A stretch of 53,640 nucleotides of DNA from an uncultured archaeon (GTDB taxonomy: Archaea; Aenigmatarchaeota; Aenigmatarchaeia; QMZP01): assembly GCA_964484305.1 (NCBI GenBank), contig CAZAEI010000005.1, positions 1 to 53,640 on the forward strand, read 5' to 3'. The notes beneath the pieces were generated by a model that was not told the origin of the DNA, ran no database searches, and saw nothing but the letters and a program-made list of their open reading frames with translations. Within the stretch, counting starts at the first letter, position 1; each line of letters opens with the position of its first letter. Below, in pieces: positions 18,818 to 27,464 of this stretch. A program made the translations under genes and the position numbers.

Positions 18818-18958
18818 TAAGCCTTTACAGAAGGCCGAGACCTTTCTCAACACACCGTCGCTTCGCGACAGGTGGTTTTGTGCCGCAGTACGAAACATGT
18901 GGCACATATCTCGCGTCAAAGCCGCAAGATTACCTTCGGTAACAGGCTTAAGCCAAAC
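18818..18958. repeat. Intergenic palindromic repeat, copy B (expanded, multi-hairpin)
   Basis: Same ends as copy A (TAAGCCTTTACA / AGGCTTAAGCCAAAC). They enclose the hairpins GAGA-CCTT-TCTC, GTCGC-TTC-GCGAC, TGTGCCGCA...TGTGGCACA and TTACC-TTC-GGTAA. Confidence 0.7.
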
Positions 18959-18975
18959 ATGGAAACAACATCAAG

Positions 18976-20148
18976 CTATTTCTTCCCCTTTCTGACAGTC
19001 CTCTCAATCCTGTCCATGGCCTTCTCAATCTTCTCATACGCCGTCGCATAGGAGAGCCTTATGAAGCCCTCTCCCATCCCGCCGAACTCTGTCCCAGGTA
19101 TCGTCGCCACCCTTGCCTCCTTGAGCAGCCAATCCGAGGCCTTCAGGCTCTTCATCCCCATGCTCTTTATATTCGGAAACGCATAGAATGCCCCCTCAGG
19201 CTCCAGGCATGACCAGCCAGGAACCTCCCTTACTCTCTTGATAATCATCCTTCTCCTCCTGTCATACTCCCTCCTCATCCTTTCCACAGCGCCCTGCGGC
19301 CCCCCCAGGGCCTCAACCCCAGCGACCTGCGACACAGTCGGCGCGCACAGTGAGGAGAAGACATGCAGCTTGGTCATGGCCCTTATTACCTCCTCTGGCC
19401 CGCATGCATAACCAAGCCTGAACCCGGGCATGGCATAGGTCTTGGAGAAGCTGTGCAGGGTCATCACATATTTACTCATTCCATTCAGCGAACCCATGGA
19501 CACGTGCCTGGCATTCCCATACACGAACTTCTCATAGGCCTCATCAGAGAGGACAAGCAGCCCGTGCTCCACCACAAAATCAGCGACCTCCTCAAGGGTC
19601 TTCCTGCTCAGGACCGTCCCTGTGGGGTTTGAGGGAGTATTGATTATCAGCACTCTGGTCTTCTCAGGGACAATCATCCTTTCCATCACGTCCACATCAA
19701 GCTGGAACCCCTTCCCCTCCTCCAGGGGAATGGATATGGGCATCCCGTTCAGGACCTCCACTGTGGGCTTATATGAAAGAAACCCCGGGTCAGGAAGCAT
19801 CACCCCCTCTCCGGGGTCTACAGTGGCAATGAGGGCAAGCATTATGGCCTCTGTGGAGCCGCTGGTCACTATTATGTTCTCCTCCCCTGCCTCTATCCCA
19901 TTCTCCTTTTTAAGCTTCCTTATCACAGCCTTCTTAAAATCTGTCCTTCCGGCCACAGGCGAATAGTGGGTCATCCTTCTGTCCAGGGCCCCCTTAGCTG
20001 CCCTTATTATGTTCTCAGGAGAAACAAAGTCAGGCTCCCCCGGCCCCAGTGATATGACAGTCTTGCTCTCCGCAGCAATCTTCAGCATCCTCCCTATGGT
20101 GGAAACAGGAAGCTCCCTCTCCCTCTCAGAGATGATATTCCTTAGCAT
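18976..20148 (-). CDS. PLP-dependent aminotransferase class I/II (aspartate aminotransferase-like)
   Basis: LGPGEPDF, NTPSNPTG, SDEAY, SFSKTYAMPGFRLGY, PEGAFY, FIRLSYA. Confidence 0.93.
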   Translation of the reverse strand: MLRNIISERERELPVSTIGRMLKIAAESKTVISLGPGEPDFVSPENIIRAAKGALDRRMTHYSPVAGRTDFKKAVIRKLKKENGIEAGEENIIVTSGSTEAIMLALIATVDPGEGVMLPDPGFLSYKPTVEVLNGMPISIPLEEGKGFQLDVDVMERMIVPEKTRVLIINTPSNPTGTVLSRKTLEEVADFVVEHGLLVLSDEAYEKFVYGNARHVSMGSLNGMSKYVMTLHSFSKTYAMPGFRLGYACGPEEVIRAMTKLHVFSSLCAPTVSQVAGVEALGGPQGAVERMRREYDRRRRMIIKRVREVPGWSCLEPEGAFYAFPNIKSMGMKSLKASDWLLKEARVATIPGTEFGGMGEGFIRLSYATAYEKIEKAMDRIERTVRKGKK

Positions 20149-20179
20149 ATTTTATATTGCGGCCCTCCAAATAAATATC

Positions 20180-21553
20180 ATGAAGAAACTTGACTACTTT
20201 TTCCAACCCAAGTCCGTTGCCATAATAGGCGCAAGCCGCAACCCCAAGAAAATCGGCCACGTGATGCTAAGAAACCTCATTGAGGGAAAATTCCGCGGCA
20301 AGATATATCCCATAAACCCCAAGACAGACAGGATGTTCGACCTTCCCTGCTACCCCTCTGTGCTCAGGGTCCCCGGCAGAATAGACCTTGCCGCCATCTC
20401 TGTCCCGGCTCCCATTGTCCCAAAAATCCTGGACGAGTGTGGAAGAAAGCATATCCCCGCGGTGATAATAATATCAGGCGGCTTTGCCGAGGTCGGCAAC
20501 ACCGAGCTCGAACAGGACTGCGCAAGGATAATCAGGCGCTACCGCATGCGTGCTCTGGGCCCCAATTGTATTGGGGTGTTCGACCCCTGCTCAGGGGTGG
20601 ACACCTTTTTCCTCCCCAGGTACAAGCTCGAGAGGCCCAAGGAAGGCAGCGTGGCCTTCATCTCCCAGTCCGGTGCCCTGGGCTCCGTGGTCCTTGACTG
20701 GATGGCCATGAAAGGCTACAAGATATCCAAGTTCATCTCCTATGGCAACGCCATCGACGTGGACGAGGCTGACCTGACAGAATACCTTGCAGACGACCCC
20801 AAGACCAGGGTGATATGCTGCTACTTCGAGGGCCTCAGGCAGGGCCGGAAGTTCTTCAACACACTTAGGAGGGCCTCCAGGAAGAAGCCTGTGATTATAC
20901 TCAAGGGCGGCACGACCCAGGAGGGCACCCACGCAGTCTCCTCCCATACAGGCTCCCTTGCCGGCTCCAAGCAGATCCATTCTGCTGCCTTCAGGCAGGC
21001 CGGGGCAATACAGGCCCAGAGCCTTGAGGAGCTCTTTGACTTTGCCAGGGTCCTGACCTCACAGCCCATACCCAGGGGCGACCGGGTCCAGATAATAACA
21101 GACGGCGGGGGCTTCGGCGTCCTCACCACAGACTGGGTAATCGAGAACAGGCTCTCCCTTGCCCGGATGGACAGGAAGATTCTGGCATCCCTCAGGAAGG
21201 CCTTCCCACCCCACGTGGTCCTCAAGAACCCACTTGACCTTACAGGTGACGCCGATGTCGAGCGCTACAGGCTCGCCATCGATGCCGCAATCCAGGATTC
21301 AAATGTGGACATGATAGCTCTCATAACACTTTTCCAGATACCCACGCTCACAGCAGACATAACCGATGTTGTCTCCGCAGCTTCTGAGAGGAGTAGCAAA
21401 CCCCTTGTGGTGATAGCGGCAGGGGGCCGCTTCACCGAGGTGCTTAAAAAGACCTTGGAGGACTCGGGCGTGCCGACCTTCTCATACCCGGAGAGGGCTG
21501 CCCAGGCCCTGCGCGCACTCTACGAGTTCGGCCAGGAAAGGAGGAAAAGATGA
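20180..21553 (+). CDS. acdA: Acetyl-CoA/acyl-CoA synthetase (ADP-forming), alpha subunit
   Basis: PKSVAIIGAS, GPNCIG, ISQSGALG, YGNAIDV, SHTGSLAG (phospho-His), TDGGG, NPLDLTGDA. Start at ATG 20180. Confidence 0.9.
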   Translation: MKKLDYFFQPKSVAIIGASRNPKKIGHVMLRNLIEGKFRGKIYPINPKTDRMFDLPCYPSVLRVPGRIDLAAISVPAPIVPKILDECGRKHIPAVIIISGGFAEVGNTELEQDCARIIRRYRMRALGPNCIGVFDPCSGVDTFFLPRYKLERPKEGSVAFISQSGALGSVVLDWMAMKGYKISKFISYGNAIDVDEADLTEYLADDPKTRVICCYFEGLRQGRKFFNTLRRASRKKPVIILKGGTTQEGTHAVSSHTGSLAGSKQIHSAAFRQAGAIQAQSLEELFDFARVLTSQPIPRGDRVQIITDGGGFGVLTTDWVIENRLSLARMDRKILASLRKAFPPHVVLKNPLDLTGDADVERYRLAIDAAIQDSNVDMIALITLFQIPTLTADITDVVSAASERSSKPLVVIAAGGRFTEVLKKTLEDSGVPTFSYPERAAQALRALYEFGQERRKR

Positions 21554-23013
21554 AAGCCCATGGAATCCTTATCAGAGGAAAGTGGATAAAGTCCAGTTCA
21601 GGCGAGACCCAGGAGAGCATAAACCCCACAACAGAGAAACCACTCGGCCTGTTCCAGAGGGGAACAGCCCACGATGTTGACCTTGCAGTGGATGCAGCAG
21701 AGAAGGCCCTTCCGGCATGGAGGGATCTCCCTGCCCCAAGGCGGGGCGAAATCCTGCTCAGAATAGCCAACCTCCTCAGAAAAAACAAGGAGCGTCTAGC
21801 CAGGCTCATGACCATGGAGATGGGTAAGGTGATATCCGAGGCCCGCGGAGACGTTCAGGAAGCCATTGACATAACCGAGTACATGGCAGGCGAGGGCCGC
21901 CGCCTCTTTGGCCACACCACCCCCTCAGAACTCCGTGACAAGTTCTGCATGACCATGAGGATGCCCCTTGGCGTCTGCGGCCTGATAACACCCTGGAACT
22001 TTCCCATAGCCATCCCTTCCTGGAAGCTCATGCCCGCCCTGATATGCGGCAACACCGTGGTATTCAAGCCTGCATCTGACACCCCTCTCTGCGCAATCGA
22101 GTTTGTCAAGCTCATGGAATCCACTGGCCTCCCCAGGGGTGTGGTCAACCTCGTGACAGGCCCGGGCAGCTCTGTGGGCACCGCCTTGGTGAAGCACCGC
22201 GACATCAGGGGCATCTCCTTCACAGGCTCCAGGGACGTCGGTGAGTTCATCTCCCGCGAGGCCGGACTCAAGAAGGTTGGCCTTGAGTTGGGCGGCAAGA
22301 ACGGTATAATAGTCATGGACGACGCCAACCTCGAGCTTGCCCTGGATGGAGTGATATGGGGGGCCTTCGGCACAACCGGCCAGCGCTGCACAGCGGCCTC
22401 CAGGGTAATCGTCCACAAAAAAATCAAACCAAAATTCGAGAAGATGCTGGTCTCCAGGATAGGCAAACTCAGGCTCGGGGACGGCCTCAAACCCTACACG
22501 GATGTGGGTCCCCTAATCAACAGGACGGCCCAGAGAAAGGTTCACTACTACACCGGTGTGGGCCTCAGCGAGGGGGCCAGGCTCCTCTGCGGCGGCTCCC
22601 CTGTCAAGGGCAGGGGATTCTTCTACAGACCCACCCTTTTCACCGATGTCACCCCCAACATGCACATAGCCCAGGAGGAGATATTCGGACCCTCCCTCTC
22701 CCTAATCGAGGTCCAGAACCTCGACCAGGCCATCGATGCCATGAACTCCATAACCTACGGCCTCAGCTCTGCGATATACACAAACAACGTCAGCAGGGCC
22801 ATGGAGGCAGTGGAGAGGATAGAATCGGGCCTGGTCTATGTCAACTCCAGCACCATCGGCTCCGAGGTTCACCTGCCCTTCGGCGGGGTCAAGGCCACGG
22901 GCCACGGCCGCGAGGCCGGCATTGAGGGCCTCAACGAGTTCTCCGAAACCAAGACAGTCTACATAGACTACTCCGGCCGCCTCCAGAAGGCCCAGATTGA
23001 CGTGATCAAATGA
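21550..23013 (+). CDS. NAD(P)-dependent aldehyde dehydrogenase
   Basis: ITPWNFP, FKPAS, FTGS, LELGGKN, GQRCTA, EEIFGP, PFGGVK. Confidence 0.95.
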   Translation: MKAHGILIRGKWIKSSSGETQESINPTTEKPLGLFQRGTAHDVDLAVDAAEKALPAWRDLPAPRRGEILLRIANLLRKNKERLARLMTMEMGKVISEARGDVQEAIDITEYMAGEGRRLFGHTTPSELRDKFCMTMRMPLGVCGLITPWNFPIAIPSWKLMPALICGNTVVFKPASDTPLCAIEFVKLMESTGLPRGVVNLVTGPGSSVGTALVKHRDIRGISFTGSRDVGEFISREAGLKKVGLELGGKNGIIVMDDANLELALDGVIWGAFGTTGQRCTAASRVIVHKKIKPKFEKMLVSRIGKLRLGDGLKPYTDVGPLINRTAQRKVHYYTGVGLSEGARLLCGGSPVKGRGFFYRPTLFTDVTPNMHIAQEEIFGPSLSLIEVQNLDQAIDAMNSITYGLSSAIYTNNVSRAMEAVERIESGLVYVNSSTIGSEVHLPFGGVKATGHGREAGIEGLNEFSETKTVYIDYSGRLQKAQIDVIK

Positions 23014-23096
23014 AATAAAGTCCGACGCATTCCCCCTTGTTGATGGGGGAGTTAGTAGGGTATAATTATTTAAATAACTGATTACAATACATTACT

Positions 23097-23228
23097 ATGA
23101 TGAAGAGAAAATGCCTAAAATGTGGACATAGGTGGGTTCCAAGAATAGATAATCCAAGGGTGTGTCCCAAATGCCATTCCGCATGGTGGGATAAGGAAAC
23201 TAAACATGCAAGTGGCAAAAACCGTTAG
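23097..23228 (+). CDS. 43-aa zinc-ribbon microprotein inside the IS, upstream of tnpB
   Basis: Translated by hand: MMKRKCLKCGHRWVPRIDNPRVCPKCHSAWWDKETKHASGKNR*. Two CxxC pairs; overlaps the tnpB start. Confidence 0.65.
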   Translation: MMKRKCLKCGHRWVPRIDNPRVCPKCHSAWWDKETKHASGKNR

Positions 23229-24318
23229 GTGCAAGATACACTCCCTTACAGGGATAAAGGAACAGATACTCAGCGATGAGTATAACGATTACCAAACTTT
23301 GTGCAAAGAGGTGTCGGATTGCGTGGACAACGACTGCATGCCACAGCTTCCATATTTCACATTCAAGAAGCCCCACAGGTACAGTGCGACCGTGTGGGGG
23401 GCCATAAGGAGTATAGAAAAGAAGAGACAGTTCGACAACATCAAGGAGCAGCCATTACACCTACGCAACGATGTTTTTACAGTCGTGGAGAAGCAGACCG
23501 AGGTGTCCAAGCATTGGCTCAGGCTACCCACCAAGCAGAGGCATGGTGGGGTTTGGCTACCAGTCATAGTCCCAAGGAAATACGAGAGCCTGCTAAAGCT
23601 AAATGTAGGCGACTCGAAGATAGCCAGGAACAAGAATGGATGGTTCTTGATGCTGACCGTCAGGAAGGAAGTAACTATCCGAAAATCATACTCTAACATA
23701 CTCGCCATAGATCTGGGGGAGAAAGTCATAGCGACTGTCTGTGGCAGTTTCAACAGCCAGAGACCCGAGTTTCTGGGGCGGGAGGTTAGGGGAACACGAA
23801 GGCACTATGCATGGCTACGCAAGAGGCTCGGAAAGAAGAAACTCCCAAAGGTAATCAAGCAGATAGGACAAACGGAACAGAGGAAGGCCAACGACACCCT
23901 GTTCAAGATAGCAAGGCATGTCAACGATCTGGCAGAGGAGCACAACGCTATAATCGTCCTTGGAGACCTTAAGGGCATAAGGAACTCAGCCAAAGGTAAG
24001 AGATTCAATAGAATAGTATCTTCTATGCCATACTTCAAACTAACCCAAACCATAACACACATGGCTAACTGGGATGGAAGACAGGTAATCAAGATAGATG
24101 AGAGGGGAAGGACATCCCACACATGTTCAAGGTGTGGAAGCAAGGGGACAAGACCACACCAGGGCTTATTCGGATACCCCCACTGCGGATACCAAGCGAA
24201 TGCCGACCATAATGGTGCAAAAAGAATCGCACAGATAGGTCTTGAGACTATACCATCTCTTGATGGGGCGACACTGGCATCGCCCATAACTTTAGGAGCG
24301 TGGCAACGTGCCCACTAA
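23206..24318 (+). CDS. tnpB: TnpB RNA-guided endonuclease
   Basis: RuvC-I LAIDLG, IVLGDLKGI, KIDER before TSHTCSRCG, RuvC-III NADHNGAKRI; 370 aa. Confidence 0.92.
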   Translation: MQVAKTVRCKIHSLTGIKEQILSDEYNDYQTLCKEVSDCVDNDCMPQLPYFTFKKPHRYSATVWGAIRSIEKKRQFDNIKEQPLHLRNDVFTVVEKQTEVSKHWLRLPTKQRHGGVWLPVIVPRKYESLLKLNVGDSKIARNKNGWFLMLTVRKEVTIRKSYSNILAIDLGEKVIATVCGSFNSQRPEFLGREVRGTRRHYAWLRKRLGKKKLPKVIKQIGQTEQRKANDTLFKIARHVNDLAEEHNAIIVLGDLKGIRNSAKGKRFNRIVSSMPYFKLTQTITHMANWDGRQVIKIDERGRTSHTCSRCGSKGTRPHQGLFGYPHCGYQANADHNGAKRIAQIGLETIPSLDGATLASPITLGAWQRAH

Positions 24319-25195
24319 AGAACCCTCACCCTTCAGGGTGGGGAGTGTCAGATACATCTCCAGGGGCTTTGTCAGGAAGTCCTATCCCGAAAGGCCAGCA
24401 TGGTCCCACAAGGGGGACTTCGGCAGGCTCCTTGTGGTGGGCGGCTCCAGGAGATACTCAGGCGCCCCTGCCCTGGCCGCCTTGGCTGCCCTCCGCTCTG
24501 GCTGCGACCTCGTGACAGTGGCTGCCCCTGAGCGTGCTGCCAACATCATAGCCTCCTTCTCCCCTGACCTGATAACAGAGCCCATAACAGGAAACTGCCT
24601 CAACAACTGGCACACCCGCTCAGTTCTTGAGATGGCCAAGCAGGCAGATGCCGTCGTCCTGGGAGGCGGCCTCGGAAGGAGGCCCGAGACCATGACCTTT
24701 GTCCAGAACCTCCTGGCCCGCCTTGACAAACCCTGCGTCATAGATGCCGATGCCATCCACGCTGTCTCGGCAAACAAGAAGCTCCTCGGGGGCAGCTTCA
24801 TCCTCACTCCCCACTCAGGGGAGTTCCTCACCCTCACAGACCACGAACCCAGCCAGAATATAAAGGAAAGGCTCGAGCAGGCCAGGCTCTTCTCCTCCCA
24901 CATGGGCTGTGCCATACTCCTCAAGGGCCACATCGATGTCATATCAGACGGCAAGTCCGTGGCCCTGAACAGGACTGGCATACCATTCATGACCAAGGGC
25001 GGAACAGGCGACATCCTTGCAGGCATCTGCGGCGCCCTCCTAGCAATGGGCCTGGAGCCATTCGGGGCGGCCTGCTCAGCAGCCTATATAAACGGCCTTG
25101 CGGGTGACCTGGCCTCAAGGGAGTTCGGCCCGGGTCTGCTCGCCTCAGACCTGATTTCTTTCATACCCAGGGCCCTGAAGTCAATCCTTGGATAG
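24308..25195 (+). CDS. nnrD: ADP-dependent NAD(P)H-hydrate dehydratase, 5' end interrupted by the IS (native start 23010)
   Basis: HKGDFGRLLVVGGS, YSGAPALA, VIDADA, LTPHSGEF, LLKG, KGGTGDILAG. The first 15 codons of the track ORF are IS right-end sequence. Confidence 0.88.
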   Translation: MPTKEPSPFRVGSVRYISRGFVRKSYPERPAWSHKGDFGRLLVVGGSRRYSGAPALAALAALRSGCDLVTVAAPERAANIIASFSPDLITEPITGNCLNNWHTRSVLEMAKQADAVVLGGGLGRRPETMTFVQNLLARLDKPCVIDADAIHAVSANKKLLGGSFILTPHSGEFLTLTDHEPSQNIKERLEQARLFSSHMGCAILLKGHIDVISDGKSVALNRTGIPFMTKGGTGDILAGICGALLAMGLEPFGAACSAAYINGLAGDLASREFGPGLLASDLISFIPRALKSILG

Positions 25196-25630
25196 CTTGG
25201 ACCTTATACAGTCTATCACATCGATGTCTGCTTGAAATCCCAGGATATTTCTGGCCCTGCTGGTATCCGCCTGCGTCTCCTTTACATGGTTCTTTATGGG
25301 GGTTTCAACCAATCTATATTCTTTCAGGCCCACGGCCTCTATTATATCCCTGAGCGAGTGCACCCTTTCGGTTCCGATGTTCATCACATCCGAGACCACA
25401 CTGGAATTCATGGCTTTAATAAAGGCCTCCACCACATCATCAACATGAACAAAATCCCTCAACGTCTCCATATCATAGACATCAAATTGTTCTCCTGATT
25501 CCTTTGCCCAAATCATCTGCGAGGCTATATTTGCATGTCTTCCCTTACTTTTCTCATTATTACCATACACGCTAAACAGCCTGAGTCCGACCGACTCGAG
25601 CCCGAAGAAATTACGCCATGTACCATTCAT
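25181..25630 (-). pseudogene. C-terminal fragment of an NAD-dependent epimerase/dehydratase (extended SDR)
   Basis: GLRLFSVYG, RDFVHVDDVVEA, NIGT, ADTSRARNILGF. The N-terminal GxxGxxG and YxxxK regions are missing. Confidence 0.75.
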
Positions 25631-25926
25631 TACTGGCTATCCTATACAAGCTGGGTTATGGGAGCAGGAACCAGGAATGTACAATCAATGCAATAGAATA
25701 TTTCATTGATGAAGAAAAACTGGATATCGACAGGGAGTATATAGAAATGATAAGGTCTGCCAAGAAGAGGGAGGGTGCAAAATCAACAAGAGAAGATATG
25801 CAATACGGTGCAAAAACAAGGCTGGAGGAGGACAGGTGCAGGGGCTTAATGCACAATGCCATGAGGTTTGTTGAAAAGATGAGGGTTGCGTTAAAGATAA
25901 TAGACATTGACACCAACGGAGAGTGA
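25612..25926 (+). pseudogene. N-terminally truncated HEPN-domain protein
   Basis: YAMYHSLLAIL...SRNQEC...RE-x2-QY pattern of archaeal HEPN proteins. The first helix is missing, and the fragment is back-to-back with the epimerase fragment. Confidence 0.6.
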
Positions 25927-25994
25927 GAACAAACCAGGCCATTCTTGTATGTCTGCAGGACTGGGGCTGTTTTTTATTCCAGGGCCGGCTGAAA

Positions 25995-27464
25995 TCATGT
26001 GTATATCCTGAGCCTGCTGTAGAGCCGCCTTATCCTGTCATAGAGCATGTTGACATCCTGATAATCCTCTGCCTCATTGAGCTGGTCATACAGGGAGACT
26101 GTCTCCCTGTAGAGCTTCTTGGCGATGTCAAGGTTCCCCCTCTTTATGGCCTCTTCGATCTGGTCCATCAGGGAGTCCATGCTGCCCTCTATCGCAAGGA
26201 CAGGGCTAATCTGTGTCAGGGGTCTATTCTCTGTACCGGGCTGTGGCGGGCCCCCCTCTCGGACAGGTGCAGGGGGAATCCTTCCCCCGGTTTTTTTAAC
26301 ATCCTCCGTTCTCGGGAGAGCCTTCCTAGGAACTTCCCCGGACTCTGGCTTCTCCCGGACAGGGGCCTTGGGGATTTTCCTGACATGCTGTTGCCTTACC
26401 ATTTCAGAGAAATCCGGACCCGTTCCCTTTATTTCACCAGCGAACTCTATCCTCTTCTCCCTCACAGTCTGCGCTGTGGCCTCCCTGAGCATGTCCAGCT
26501 TGGCGCCTATCTCCTCCAGGTCATCCTTGGTCGCAAACATCCTGTCCAGCCTTGACTTGCCCACACTTTCCATGATACCCTTCATACCGCTTTCCTTTAG
26601 CGCTGTAAGAAGGCTATCCACAAGCTTCTTGAGTTCATATAGCTTGTCATCACCCTCTGTTCTCACCCGCTCGAACCTCTCCTCAACGGAGCCCTCCAAT
26701 TTCTTCAGGTCATCCTTCTTTGTGGTTTCATCGAACCTTGTCTCGAGCGTGTCAACAACCTTCATTATCTCGTGCATGGTCTCCTCATTGAATGCTATTC
26801 TGTCCTTGTAGCTCTGGAACTCCCCGAGCTTGTTGCTGAGGTCCGAGAACATAGTCTCTATCTTTCCGGCTGTTCTTGATGTGAACTTCCTGTCATCATC
26901 TATCTTACCCATCTTCTCCTTGAGCGTCTGAACAACACCAGACATCTCCTTGATTCCCCTGATGTTTTCCAGCACATCGGAGTTAGCCTTTATGTCCTTT
27001 CTCAGCTGCTTTATCTGTACAGCAAGGGCCTCTATTGTTGCCTGGTTCTTCTCAATTGACTCATCCTTCTCGGCGAGCTGCCTGGTTATCTTCTCGGGCT
27101 CCATACCCTCTGCCATCTCCTTTATACTGGAGAATCCCTTCTGGACCTCCCTGGTAACCCTGTCCCTCTCCATCACAGAGGACCTGAGCTCGCCAATCTC
27201 CTGGTTGAGGCCAGAGAGCCTCTCATCCACAGCCTTCCGGTAGTCTGCCATGGCCTCTATCTTTCCCTCAAGCTTCTCTGTCTTCAGAACAAGCATCTCC
27301 ACATCAGTGGCCTTTTCTCTGCGGGGCGGTTTCGGTACTGCCTCCACCTTGGCAGGGGTCTTCTTGAGCCTTACCTTCTTTTCCTCTTTCTTCTCAAGCT
27401 CCTCAAATTCTGAGGGGGTTATCACATTCTCTTCATTAGAGGATTTCTTGTCCTTTTCTTCCAA
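25995..27464 (-). CDS. Uncharacterised cytoplasmic long coiled-coil protein
   Basis: About 300 aa of E/K/L heptad-rich sequence, a Pro-rich linker and a helical C-terminal domain. TTG start after a GGTGA RBS, abutting the stop of the giant gene. Confidence 0.7.
   Translation of the reverse strand: MEEKDKKSSNEENVITPSEFEELEKKEEKKVRLKKTPAKVEAVPKPPRREKATDVEMLVLKTEKLEGKIEAMADYRKAVDERLSGLNQEIGELRSSVMERDRVTREVQKGFSSIKEMAEGMEPEKITRQLAEKDESIEKNQATIEALAVQIKQLRKDIKANSDVLENIRGIKEMSGVVQTLKEKMGKIDDDRKFTSRTAGKIETMFSDLSNKLGEFQSYKDRIAFNEETMHEIMKVVDTLETRFDETTKKDDLKKLEGSVEERFERVRTEGDDKLYELKKLVDSLLTALKESGMKGIMESVGKSRLDRMFATKDDLEEIGAKLDMLREATAQTVREKRIEFAGEIKGTGPDFSEMVRQQHVRKIPKAPVREKPESGEVPRKALPRTEDVKKTGGRIPPAPVREGGPPQPGTENRPLTQISPVLAIEGSMDSLMDQIEEAIKRGNLDIAKKLYRETVSLYDQLNEAEDYQDVNMLYDRIRRLYSRLRIYT

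Larger units (their letters stand above)
23015..24351 (+). mobile_element. IS200/IS605-family element, tnpB-only (IS1341-like), non-autonomous
   Basis: Left end: guide CATT (23028-31) before the hairpin CCCCC-TTGTTGAT-GGGGG, with target TGAA at 23011-14. Right end: guide GAAC (24320-23), hairpin CCTCACCC-TTCA-GGGTGGGG, cleavage site TCAG (24348-51). Removing the element restores ATG AAA TAC ATC of nnrD. Confidence 0.88.

Noticed and set aside
23206-24318. TnpB as Cas12f/Cas14 of a CRISPR system
   Set aside because: There is no repeat-spacer array or cas1/cas2/cas4 nearby, and the gene is bounded by clear IS200/IS605 ends.
25995-27464. Coiled-coil protein as SMC/Rad50 or CdvA
   Set aside because: No Walker motifs, hinge, Zn hook or recognisable PRC-barrel; left unassigned.
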